A stretch of DNA of 64,000 bases from an uncultured Phycisphaerales bacterium (GTDB taxonomy: Bacteria; Planctomycetota; Phycisphaerae; Tepidisphaerales; Tepidisphaeraceae): positions 4,448,001 to 4,512,000 of the forward strand of contig CAVWLP010000002.1 in the NCBI GenBank assembly GCA_963755915.1, read 5' to 3'. Under the pieces are notes generated by a model. The model had not been told where the DNA came from. It was given only the letters and a program-made list of their open reading frames with translations, and searched no databases. The translations under genes were made by a program, and so were the position numbers. This document shows positions 1-9,889 of this stretch, one piece after another; position 1 is the stretch's first letter; every line of letters begins with the position of its first letter.

Positions 1-3000
1 GTCCTGGTCACTCCCGCGATGGGAACCAATGATGTCACCATCTCCGGCACCGGATCAATCGTCCCCCTAACTGAACCTTCGGTCTCCTCTACCGAACTGA
101 TCGTCTGGCAAAACAACACCCAGGGACTGCTGACCATCGGCACTCCCATCGTCTCCAGAGCCGATATCTCCAGCGATTACGCCCAGGCTGGCCCCGGCAC
201 AGTTGCGCTCTCCGCCAACAACACCTACGACGGCAATACCTGGCTGGAAGGAGGCTTCACAGAAATCAGCGACGGCAATGCCTTAGGCTCGAGCAACGGC
301 ACACTGAATCTATCCGGCGGCGCCGTCGTCGCCAGCACCAGCACCTCGCTTGACAACGAGACTCCTCGCGCCGTGGCGCTTACCGCCTCAGGCGGAACCC
401 TCGCAGCCGCCGACGGCGCCACGCTGATTGTCGATGGCACAATCACCGGCAGCGCGCCGCTGAACATCGGTACCGGACTCGTTCCCGGCAGTGGCTCGAC
501 CGATGGCTCCGGAACTGTTGTTCTTTCCGCCGCTAACACCTACACCGGCCCCACGAACGTCGACGATGGAATCCTGCAAATCGATTCCACAACCGGCAGC
601 ACTGGAACCGGCAGCCTTGCGGTCAACGCCGGCGCAACCCTTCTGGGAACCGGAACACTTACAAACGCCGTGACCGTAAAGTCCGGCGGCGATCTCACCC
701 TCCACGATTCCACCGGTTCCACTGGAACCATCACGATCTCCAGCCTCACCCTCAACTCCGGCTCGATCGTCAATTACAACATCCTCTCCAATGGCGCTGC
801 CGATCTCATCAAAATCAACAGCGGCTTCAGTTCAAACGATGCATTTCTGAACATTCTCCCCTACCCCACCGGCCCGACGATGGTCGGCACCTATGACGTG
901 GTCCGGCTTCCCGCCGGGCTCGACCCCATCGAGCCTCTAAATTATTTCACCGTCGCCGACCCTGCGCAGGGTTACGGTTATAACTTCAGCATCGCTGGCG
1001 AATTTATCACCCTCACCATCAGCGGCGAGCCCCCTATGTCCACCTGGAATGCTCCGGGCGGCGGCTCCTGGGGTGCTCCCGGAAACTGGATCGGCGGCGT
1101 CCCCAACTCTTTTAATGCCATGGCCAACCTTGGCTCCGCAATTCAAGCCCCCAGCACCGTAACGCTCGATGGCACCCGCACGATCGCCAGATTGCAGTTC
1201 AACAATTCCGTCGGCGGTTCCTCTGCTTCCTACACCATCGCACCGGGAACCGGCGGAAACCTCTATTTCGAGGAAACAGGTTTCATCACGGACTTCACCG
1301 GCAGCCAGGCCATCACCGCCCCCATCCTCCTCGGCGACGGACTCTATGCCGACGTTTTTAGTTCCAACACCACGCTTTCCGTTTCCGGCGGTGTCAGTGG
1401 CTCAGGGGGATTGAATATCTCCGGATCAGGCGTCTTGCTTCTCGCTGGAACCAACACCTTCGCCGGTGGCGAATTCCTCAATGGAGGAACCCTCCTCCTT
1501 GGTAGCTCATCCGCACTCCCCAGCACCGGCTCTCTGTCCCTCAACGGCAACGCCCTTGTCGATCTCAACGGCTTTAGCACATCCGTCGGCACCCTGAGCG
1601 GCTCCGGAACCATCGACAACGTCTCCGCCGGCGGAACCGTCACGCTCAACGTCTCAACATCCACCTATTCCAACTTCGCCGGCATCCTTCAAAACTCCTC
1701 CGGCTCCCTCGCCCTCGCCGAAACCGGCACCGGAACTTTGATGCTCTACAATGCCAACACCTATTCCGGCGGAACGACCATCGGCGGCGCCTCAACTCTC
1801 TACCCCATCAACAATAATTCCCTGGGATCGGGAACAGTCACCGTTGAATCGACCGACGGCCTGTTGCTCTATGGCGGCGTGAATATCGCCAACCCAATCG
1901 TCTCCGCCACGGGTGCAACCGAATTCGCCGAGGTCGCCGGCACCGCCACAACCGCCACACTTTCCGGCAACATCTCCGCCCTCCCGGGCGACCAGCTTCG
2001 AATCGGCAACACCAATTACGCCTCCACGCTCGAAATCACCGGCGCCGCCAACGCCGGCTCATCCGTTGCCGTGATCTCCCAGGGCAACGTCATATTTGCC
2101 GGCGACGGCTCCCTCACCACCACCAGCACCATGGACCCGCTGATCATCGGTCACACCCTCACTAACACCACGCTTGATCTAACGCTGCAGGACAATTCCT
2201 CCCTCACCGGCGTCGGCATCACGCTCGGCGGCATCATCGACAACGACAATCTTGCCACAACCGTCAACATGATCGGCGATGCAACCATGAACACAGGCAC
2301 CGGCGCGCTCGACATCAACGGCGGCGCTTCGGCAAACACCGTCTCTCTCACCCTCGGCGGCAATTCCAATATCTATGCATCAAATATCACCTTTACATCC
2401 ACCAACGCAGGAGCCTCGGCCACAATCGTCCTGAATGGCGGCACCATAAATGCCAATGCAGGCGATCCCGCCGGGAGCCAATTCCTTCCCAATTTCAGCA
2501 ACTCCGGCCTTAACGCAACGATCGAAGATTCCGCCGGTGGCGGCACGATCAACAACAACGGATTCTCCATCACCCTCGCCCAATCCATCACTTCCACCGG
2601 TAATGACGGGACAATCGTTTTCACCGGATCCGGTACCACGGCCCTCGCCTCGCCAAACTTCTACGCCGCCGCAACCAACGTCCAATCCGGCACGCTCTTG
2701 GTCGAGACGGCAATGGCACTCCCGACCGATCAGCCGGTGAATATTTCCTCGGGCAGCTGCCCTTCGCCTGGCAATCAACTCCGGCGATCCCCACATCTCC
2801 TCTCTCTCCATCGTCCCCGGCGGCCTCTTCGACATCGCCAACAACACCCTCTTCATCGACTACGGCTCAGGCTCCGACCCAATCGCCTCCATCCTCGGCT
2901 ATCTCCGAAACGGTTTTGCAACCGGATGGACCGCCAACGGAATCATTTCTTCCAATGCAGCGTTTTCCATGAGCAATCCCCCGCGCTACGGCGTAGGTTG

Positions 3001-3412
3001 GGCCGACGGAAACGACGGAACCCATGCCGTCTCCGGCCTCCAAAGCGGCCAAATCGAGCTCAAATTTACCCTCCTCGGCGACGCCAATCTTGACGGGACC
3101 GTGAATGGCTCCGACTTCAGCATCCTCGCCGCCAACTTCGGCGCCGGCACAACCAACTGGGATCAGGGAAATTTCCTCTTTACTTCTTCGGTGAACGGCT
3201 CAGATTTCAGCGCGCTGGCCGCGAACTTCGGCCAGGGAGACAATGGAGCCGATGCGATTGTCACCTCTGCAGACATCGCCGCGCTGGATTCTTTCGCCGC
3301 CGCAAACGGATTGCCCATGCCTACGATCGACGCAGTACCCGAGCCGGTTTCGGCGGCAATTTTTGCGGTCGGCGGATTGGCGATTCAGGCTCGCCGGCGG
3401 CGAAGCCGCTGA
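1..3412 (+). CDS. Large secreted autotransporter-associated beta-strand repeat protein with C-terminal dockerin-like repeats and PEP-CTERM sorting signal (5' end outside window; apparent frameshift near 2752)
   Basis: Repeated GxGTxxLxxxNTYxGxT motifs in ORF 19..3093. Removing one G near 2752 joins it to the frame of 2969..3412, which has GDANLDGTVNGSDFSILAANFG and SVNGSDFSALAANFG and ends VPEPVSAAIFAVGGLAIQARRRRSR. Confidence 0.88.
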
Positions 3413-3424
3413 ACTCCTGCTTCT

Positions 3425-4681
3425 TTAGTTTCCCAGCGGCGTCGGCGCATCATACGCGTCATCGATCGCCCGCCGAAGCCCCTCTGCCGCCGTCCAGTGC
3501 TGGATCGCCGCGATCTTCCCGTCTTTCCCGATCACCACCGCCCCGTTCGGGAAAGCGCCGAAGGCGTTTGAAACCGCATCGTCCATCGAATCGACGGCCA
3601 CCGCCATCGTAATCCCCAGCACTTCCGCCGTCCGCTGGGCCTGCAGCCTTCGCCCGGCAAGCGTCGTCGTTTGCGCAATCGAGATGTTCTGGTCTTTGTT
3701 GGTTTGCAATTCATCGCCGCCGGCCGGGTGCGCTTTGCGCGTATAAACCAGCAGGAAAAACGCCCGGGGCCCCTCCTCCGATCGCAGCGATTCCATCGCC
3801 GAAACCTGGTCCCGGAACTGCGGGCACGACATCGACCCAAATTCAAGCACCAAAACGTGCCCCCGATATTTGGCGGTATCGAACGAAATCTCATCGTTCA
3901 GCTCCGGAATTTTGAGATTCGGGGCCGCGGCGCCAACGTCCGGCGACGGATGGTCTGTTTCCTCCGCCGTCTCATCCGGCGAACCCGGATCGGATTCGCT
4001 CGCTTCCGGCTGCGTGGCCCGCCCCGAACCATTCTCGCGCAGATCAGCCATCGTCTGAATAAGCGTTTGCATTTGCTCGGGCGTCAGCACCGACTCGAGT
4101 TGACTCTTGAGGTTCTCGCGAAGGTCACGAAGCTGCGAATAAACCAGCGATCCGTTCGCCGTTTGCGCGCGCAAATTCGCGGTATTCTGCCGAAAGCTCT
4201 GCAAAAGCCCATCCACCTTTTCCCGCTGATCCCCCGTGAGATCGATCTTGTTCAGCGCCCTCGGCAAATACCGCATCAGCAAAGGCCCCGCAAAATCATC
4301 CTCGCTCGGACGCGACGACGGCCCAGGGCTCAGATACAAATCCAACGTCGCCATCTGGTCCGCGGTCAGCACTTGCGCAAGCTGCTGATGAAGGCTCTTC
4401 GCATAATCCCCCAGCGCCTGCTGACGCTGCGAAAGCGGCGTCCCCCGCGCCGTCGCCGCAAACTGATCCGCCCACGACGAAGCCTTCGCCATAATCTGCG
4501 CCACCGCCGACTTCTGGTCCGCCGTCAGCGTCACATGCGTCAAGGCCTGCTGATAACGGTCAAGAATCGCGTAAGAGCGCCGACTCGCAAGGTCTCGCTC
4601 GGCGAACGTCGTCACCGGCGCAAGCCAGCTCAGTGCAAGGCAAATCGCCATCGAAATGCCCCACCCATTCCGCTCAAACAT
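3425..4681 (-). CDS. Exported protein with LTXXQ (Spy/CpxP-like) repeats fused to an iodothyronine-deiodinase-like thioredoxin-fold domain
   Basis: N-terminal signal peptide; LTADQ, LTADQ, LTGDQ and LTPEQ motifs; C-terminal VLVLEFGSMSCPQF...FLLVYTRKAHP...VAVDSMDD...FGAFPN, resembling the deiodinase family. Confidence 0.72.
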   Translation of the reverse strand: MFERNGWGISMAICLALSWLAPVTTFAERDLASRRSYAILDRYQQALTHVTLTADQKSAVAQIMAKASSWADQFAATARGTPLSQRQQALGDYAKSLHQQLAQVLTADQMATLDLYLSPGPSSRPSEDDFAGPLLMRYLPRALNKIDLTGDQREKVDGLLQSFRQNTANLRAQTANGSLVYSQLRDLRENLKSQLESVLTPEQMQTLIQTMADLRENGSGRATQPEASESDPGSPDETAEETDHPSPDVGAAAPNLKIPELNDEISFDTAKYRGHVLVLEFGSMSCPQFRDQVSAMESLRSEEGPRAFFLLVYTRKAHPAGGDELQTNKDQNISIAQTTTLAGRRLQAQRTAEVLGITMAVAVDSMDDAVSNAFGAFPNGAVVIGKDGKIAAIQHWTAAEGLRRAIDDAYDAPTPLGN

Positions 4682-4708
4682 GCCAGCCTCCCTCAGGTAG
4701 TGAAACCA

Positions 4709-5494
4709 TTATACATCGCAAATCATTGCCGCCCGCCGCAGCGCATCAATATGCCGGTGCTTTACTGTAAACTCATGTGCCACATACCCCTTAAAACCCG
4801 TCTGCGCAATCGCCCGCATAATGGCCGGATAATAAAGCTCCTGGCCTTCGCCAATCTCCCCCCGCCCCGGCACACCCGCCGTGTGGTAATGCCCGATGAT
4901 CTCCGCATGCTTGCGGATCGTGTCGATCACATCCCCCTCCTGCACCTGCATGTGATAGATGTCATAGAGAAGCTTAAACCGCTCCGACCCCACCCGCTTT
5001 ACCAGCTCCGCCCCCCACCGCGTGTTGTCGCACATGTACCGCGGGTGGTTGATCTTGCTGTTCAGCAGCTCCATGCAGAGCGTGACCTTTTTCTTCTCCG
5101 CCAGGCGGATCACGCGTTTAATCGCCCGGTTGCAGTTTCGCAGCCCGGCCTCATCCGATATTTTCCCCGTCTGGTTCCCCGAGAAGCAGATGACGTTGGG
5201 AAATCGCGCTGCCGCCGTTGCCTCGATCGCGTTGCGGATTCGCAACAGGCATTCATCATGATTCGCCGGGTCATTGAGCCCTTTCACGATCCCATGCGAC
5301 GGCGTCATCGTGCAGATCAGCCCAAAGCGCTTCAGGATGTCCCACTGCGCCGGCTCGACAAGATCGAGCCCGCGCAATCCCAGCGACGCCACCTGCTCGG
5401 CAAATGGAACCATCGGAATGGCGTCAAAGCACCACCTGCAAACGCTTTGACGAATCCGGCCACGAAGAACCTGCGGAGGGGTAATTAGCATCAT
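4709..5494 (-). CDS. Hydroxypyruvate isomerase family (xylose-isomerase-like TIM barrel) protein
   Basis: Motifs ELLNSKINHP, LLYDIYHMQVQEGD, HYHTAGVPGRGEI and GYVAHEF. Confidence 0.88.
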   Translation of the reverse strand: MMLITPPQVLRGRIRQSVCRWCFDAIPMVPFAEQVASLGLRGLDLVEPAQWDILKRFGLICTMTPSHGIVKGLNDPANHDECLLRIRNAIEATAAARFPNVICFSGNQTGKISDEAGLRNCNRAIKRVIRLAEKKKVTLCMELLNSKINHPRYMCDNTRWGAELVKRVGSERFKLLYDIYHMQVQEGDVIDTIRKHAEIIGHYHTAGVPGRGEIGEGQELYYPAIMRAIAQTGFKGYVAHEFTVKHRHIDALRRAAMICDV

Positions 5495-5574
5495 TCAGTA
5501 AATTACCGGACATTGCCTTGTAAACCCAGCGGCCCTCAATGTCCGATCATATGAAGGAGGGTATTTCGGCTCCA

Positions 5575-5850
5575 ATGACCTTCTTCCTGGTCCTAAGCTG
5601 CGTAGTCTGCGCCTGGGCGATGCTCCGGGTCGTGGGCGGCGAGCGCACCCAGCAAATCCGCGAGATCGAATCGCGTCTTAAGAAGCAGGCCGAAAAACCT
5701 AAGGTAGATCCCGATGAGCCCATTGTCGTCGGCGGCCCTGACCCCATGCCCCACTCGACAGGAGCCGCCAAACCTCCGCCGCCGCCGGCAAAACCAACCC
5801 CACCGGCAGCCAAAAAGCCCGCCGCTCCGGCTCAAAGTGCCAAGCATTGA
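5575..5850 (+). CDS. Small membrane-anchored hypothetical protein with Pro/Ala/Lys-rich tail
   Basis: N-terminal hydrophobic helix TFFLVLSCVVCAWAML. The start may instead be 5539. Confidence 0.6.
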   Translation: MTFFLVLSCVVCAWAMLRVVGGERTQQIREIESRLKKQAEKPKVDPDEPIVVGGPDPMPHSTGAAKPPPPPAKPTPPAAKKPAAPAQSAKH

Positions 5851-5920
5851 CTTGCCTGCATCCCCCGGCGTACGCTTGATATAGCGTACACTCGCCAATT
5901 CCCACTTACGCGAGGGAAAC

Positions 5921-6924
5921 GTGGACCAACGCCCCCTTCCGACCTATATCTGGATATTCGCCCTGGCTCTCCTGGCTGTCATCGCCTCGCTCGGGGCGGG
6001 CGTTCTGCTCTTACGGCATCCCGACGCCCCCACCGCTTCCATCGCCACAGGCGCCGCCCTGCTGGCCGCCGGGTATATCGGCCTGGTTTCGATCCTCGTC
6101 ACCCTCCCTATCGCCTTGAATCTCGCCGCCGCCCGCCGCAGCCACCTTCGCCATCAGGCTGAATTCATGACCACCCTGAGCGAGCGGCTCGAAGGAATTT
6201 CCATCCTCCTGAACCTCATGAGCGAGCAGCAGCTCCTTTCCGACCGCGCCAAGGCGGTCGCCTTCCGTGATAAGGACCATGACGCGATGCGCCGGGCCGT
6301 CATCGAAGAAATCGGCCACCAAAACTGGGAAGCCGCCTACCTCCTTTCCAACGACATCGAAACCCAGTTCGGCTTCAAGCAGGAGGCGGACGACTTCCGC
6401 AAAGAAATCACCGCCAAGCGCACCGACATTCACCGCCGCCAACTGGCCGAAATGCTGGCTCCCATCGACCGGCACATCAAGGGGGAAGCCTGGGCGCCGC
6501 CCTTCAGGAAGCCCATCAGCTCATGGAGCGCTTTCCCGACGACGCCCAGTGTCAGCGGCTTCCCGATGAAATCGAATCCCGCCGCCAGCAGCGCAAGCAG
6601 CAGCTTCGCCAGAGCTGGCAGGACGCCATCGACCGCCACGACGTGGATGGCAGCATCGAAATCCTCAAACGGCTCGACGTTTACCTCACCCCCGCCGAGG
6701 CGGAATCCATGCAGGAAATCGCCCGCAACGTCTTCAAGGAAAAGCGCGAGGCCCTTCGCATCCGCTTCTCCCAGGCCGTCAAGGAGCAGCGGATTGTCGA
6801 TGCGATTCGACTGGGCGAGGAGATCATGAACGACTTCCCCAACACCCGCATGGCCCAGGAGGTGCGGGAAATGATGGACACCCTCCGCCAGCGCATGCAC
6901 GAACCGCAGAACACTGCCCTATAA
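5921..6924 (+). CDS. Hypothetical membrane protein, 2 TM helices plus helical (TPR-like) domain (apparent frameshift near 6495)
   Basis: ORF 5921.. joins the frame of 6523..6924 (EAW/AALQEAHQLMERF). SD-like GAGGG precedes the GTG start. Confidence 0.7.
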
Positions 6925-6945
6925 TTAAGCCGCCGCGTATCTTGA

Positions 6946-7578
6946 ATGACCCAACCAGACCCAACGCCAACGCCTCCGGGGATCGCCAGGCAGGCTGAGT
7001 CCTATTTCGTGCGCTACGTCGCCGTCGTGATCAAAAACGTCGTCGGCTACGTGCTGATGCTGTCGGCCCTGGTCCTGGGGGGATTCTTCCCCATCCCTAT
7101 CGGCACGCCGATGTTCATCATCGGCTTCGCCATGATCACCCTTCCCGGCAAACGGCGGCTCACCAGCGGCGCCCTGCGCGGAATCACGATCAACCTGAAC
7201 AGCCGCACCGCTCACACCTGGCGGCTGGCCGGGTCACTGCTTCTTCCCCCCGCCGTCGTCTGGTTCCTGGCCTTCCAGCGTCACCCGATTCTGCACCCTT
7301 CGCAGATGACCCTCGCCCACCTTTGCGCCGTCTACGCCGTCACGATCGTTGCCGCCTGGCTCTTCATGTGGGGATTTCTCCTGGCCGTCAACGTCGTTAT
7401 TCGCATTCTCCCGCACCTGCGGCGTCGCGTCCGCCCCTGGCTGCGCTCGCACGGTGTCCATCTCCTGCCCCCGCGCCGCAAACCCCGCCTTGCCGCCGCC
7501 TCCAAACAGCGCCCCAACGATGAAAACATCCTCGATTTCGGCAGCTTCAATCCGCTGAGGCGAGGACCGAGGGGGTGA
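6946..7578 (+). CDS. Membrane protein, PGPGW-like transmembrane hairpin
   Basis: Multiple TM segments; PIPIGTPMFIIGFAMITLPGKRRL resembles the PGPGW-type hairpin. Confidence 0.6.
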   Translation: MTQPDPTPTPPGIARQAESYFVRYVAVVIKNVVGYVLMLSALVLGGFFPIPIGTPMFIIGFAMITLPGKRRLTSGALRGITINLNSRTAHTWRLAGSLLLPPAVVWFLAFQRHPILHPSQMTLAHLCAVYAVTIVAAWLFMWGFLLAVNVVIRILPHLRRRVRPWLRSHGVHLLPPRRKPRLAAASKQRPNDENILDFGSFNPLRRGPRG

Positions 7579-7583
7579 GAACA

Positions 7584-7640
7584 GTAGAAGCGGCGTCCCG
7601 CCGCTTTCACATCTCGAAGCGGCGAGGACGCCGCTTCTAC
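7584..7640. repeat. REPIN-like inverted pair of GTAG-type REP hairpins
   Basis: GTAGAAGCGGCGTCCCGCCGCTT ... AAGCGGCGAGGACGCCGCTTCTAC. Confidence 0.8.
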
Positions 7641-7646
7641 GCAGAA

Positions 7647-7675
7647 TTCGCAACTTCATTTTCAGCGGTTATAAT
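7647..7675 (+). promoter_or_regulatory. Sigma70-like promoter for the DUF2846 gene
   Basis: TTCGCA-N17-TATAAT. Confidence 0.55.
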
Positions 7676-7735
7676 CCCCGCCAAAAGGGATGACGGGTTC
7701 ACTCCCAATTCACTCGCCACATGGGAGGTAAGGTC

Positions 7736-8203
7736 ATGATGCGTCTACCCAAATCAATCCAATTCGCCGGAATTTTCTGCACCCTCGCGATGCTCGCGGG
7801 CTGTGCGGCGACCGTGCCGATGACCAGCAGCGCCGACGATGCCGCCGCCAAGACCTTTCAGCCGAATCCCGCCAAAGCCAGCGTCTATATCGTCCGCGGC
7901 TACGGCATCAACCCGGAGCACCTGATCATGACGCAGGTTGACGGCGTCAACGTCGGCTCGCTCGCCCCGAACACCTACATGCTGATCACCCTCAACCCCG
8001 GCCAGCACGTCCTCTCCGTCGTCGGCCCCACCAACCAGGAAGACCTGCCGCTGACGGTGGCCGCCGGCCAACTCTACTTCGTGCAAACGAGCATGATCTG
8101 GGCCGGCCCCGGCGAAAGGCACCGGCATATCGAAGCCATGACGGATGCGGATGGGCGGACGTATGTCGGCGGCGAGATGCGGGCCGAGGCGATTAATCCG
8201 TAG
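7736..8203 (+). CDS. DUF2846-family lipoprotein
   Basis: Lipobox LAGC; DAAAKTFQPNPAKASVYIVR; LTVAAGQLYFV. SD GGAGGT at 7724-7729 favours ATG 7736. Confidence 0.8.
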   Translation: MMRLPKSIQFAGIFCTLAMLAGCAATVPMTSSADDAAAKTFQPNPAKASVYIVRGYGINPEHLIMTQVDGVNVGSLAPNTYMLITLNPGQHVLSVVGPTNQEDLPLTVAAGQLYFVQTSMIWAGPGERHRHIEAMTDADGRTYVGGEMRAEAINP

Positions 8204-8242
8204 GCGGTGGCGAATCTGATTAAACTGGATGTTACATCACGT

Positions 8243-9732
8243 TAATCCCGTTCGGCACGGGGTTCGCGCAAGCAGCAAGATATTGAGATTGCGCCTTTGA
8301 TCTTTTTATGGCATGCTGCCGGACGTGCAGGCAAGACTGAAGGAAAAAGAGATCCTGTGCCTCGGACATCTGCGGCGCGTCTTCGCGCTGCTGCCCACGC
8401 TGCGGGATGTGGGCTGTGAGCGGGATCGAGCCGGGAACCGCCAGCTTCACTTCGACGATTATTGCAAGCTGGTTTTGCTTTACACCTGGAATCCGCTGAT
8501 CCAATCCCTGCGGGATCTTCAGGAGGTTGCTGAACTGCCCAAGGTGGCCAAGGCGCTGGGAATTAAGCGTTTTTCCGTGGGCAGTTTCTCTGAATCGGTT
8601 CGGGTGTTCGAGCCGGGGCGTTTGACGCCGCTGATTGAGGAATTGGCGGGGGAACTGCCCCAGGCGCCCGATCCGCGTCTTGCGGACTTTGGGCAGGCGA
8701 TCACGCTGGTCGACGGGACGGTGCTGACGGCGCTGAGTCGGCTGGCCAAATCCGCTTGCGGCATCGATGCGCACTACAACACCTCCCGGGACGGGAAAGC
8801 GGTCTATGGCTGGCGTTTGCACGTTCAATTCGATCTGGAGACGTTCAAAGTCCATCGCCTCGACCGCACTGGCGCTCGCAACGCGGGGGCCAACCGTGAA
8901 AACAACGTCCTGCGGCGCAGCCTGGAAGCAGGACGGTGCTATGTAGGAGACGGCGGCTACGCCGACCGGAGCCTCTTTGCGGACATCGCCGCGGCGCAAA
9001 GCTCCTTTGTGATGCGGGCCGCGGAAAACTCGGTGTTTGAGCTGTTTGAAGAACGATTGCTTTCACAGGAAGCATTGGACGGCGGCGTGGTGCGAGACGC
9101 GCTGGTGAAACTCGACGGCCTGGAGACGGCGGCGGATAGGGTGGTGCGACGGGTGGAAGTGCAGGTGAAACCCCATCCGCGCCGCACGCGCAGCGGCAAC
9201 AAGCCGACGGACCTGATCATCCTGTACACGAACCTGCTGGACCTGCCGGCGGAATTGATCGCCCTGATTTATCTGTACCGCTACACCGTTGAGTTGTTCT
9301 TCCGGATCTTCAAGCAACTGCTGGGCATGCGTCACCTGCTGAGCCAACGCCAGGAGGGGATCGACATCCAAATCCACTGCGCGCTGATCGTCTGCGTGCT
9401 GATTCAGCTGATCAGCGGCAGGAAGCCGAACAAGGCGATGCGGAACATGATCGGCTGGTATCTGCTGGGGCTGGCCGAGGAACAGGACGTGCTTCGATTC
9501 CTGAACAAGCCGGATAACACCGGGATTAAGCTGAGGGCAAGAGCGGAGGCCTTGAAAAAACTGGGAGTAAACTGAAGGGGAATCCGTCGCCGCGGAGACC
9601 TCGCGGTTGATGCTGCGCTCTTGCGGACGCCGGCGTGCAGCAGGGGAAAGTAAAAGTATCTAAGCTTCAATTGTTTCGCGTCCTCCACAGCTTTGGAATG
9701 CTCCGATGAAGCCTGCGTGCCGAACGGGATTA
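8243..9732 (+). mobile_element. IS4-family insertion sequence, about 1490 bp
   Basis: Perfect 17-bp terminal inverted repeats TAATCCCGTTCGGCACG (8243-8259 and 9716-9732), flanked by ACGT on both sides (8239-8242 and 9733-9736), enclosing one transposase ORF. Confidence 0.9.
8313..9575 (+). CDS. IS4-family DDE transposase
   Basis: LVDGT, YVGDGGY and the YREK-type motif YLYRYTVELFFRIFK. Confidence 0.92.
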   Translation: MLPDVQARLKEKEILCLGHLRRVFALLPTLRDVGCERDRAGNRQLHFDDYCKLVLLYTWNPLIQSLRDLQEVAELPKVAKALGIKRFSVGSFSESVRVFEPGRLTPLIEELAGELPQAPDPRLADFGQAITLVDGTVLTALSRLAKSACGIDAHYNTSRDGKAVYGWRLHVQFDLETFKVHRLDRTGARNAGANRENNVLRRSLEAGRCYVGDGGYADRSLFADIAAAQSSFVMRAAENSVFELFEERLLSQEALDGGVVRDALVKLDGLETAADRVVRRVEVQVKPHPRRTRSGNKPTDLIILYTNLLDLPAELIALIYLYRYTVELFFRIFKQLLGMRHLLSQRQEGIDIQIHCALIVCVLIQLISGRKPNKAMRNMIGWYLLGLAEEQDVLRFLNKPDNTGIKLRARAEALKKLGVN

Positions 9733-9889
9733 ACGTTTTGTTACGTTCTGCGCGAATTTTGTAAGTATACGCTAACTTTTATTGCCTCGATTGATACAAG
9801 AGATTGGCAAAAAGGGGGCCGATTAACCTCGCAAGCCAACTCATACCCCTCAAAAATGCCCCCAATCATGTGATGCTCGGCTGAACCAA

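Noticed and set aside
3070-3240. Cellulosome, suggested by the dockerin-like repeats
   Set aside because: No cohesin or glycoside hydrolase is present here, and such repeats commonly precede PEP-CTERM in this lineage.
3815-3845. Selenocysteine in the deiodinase-like active site
   Set aside because: The codon is TGC and the ORF has no in-frame TGA.
3671-5488. Long antisense ORFs (605 aa here; also 14619..16400, 19672..20964, 40679..41887 and 55515..58286)
   Set aside because: They are shadow frames of well-supported genes, expected at high GC, and have no recognisable motifs.
7676-7735. Fluoride riboswitch (GGGATGACGGGTTC resemblance)
   Set aside because: The 3' pseudoknot-forming part is not evident and the downstream gene is unrelated to fluoride handling.
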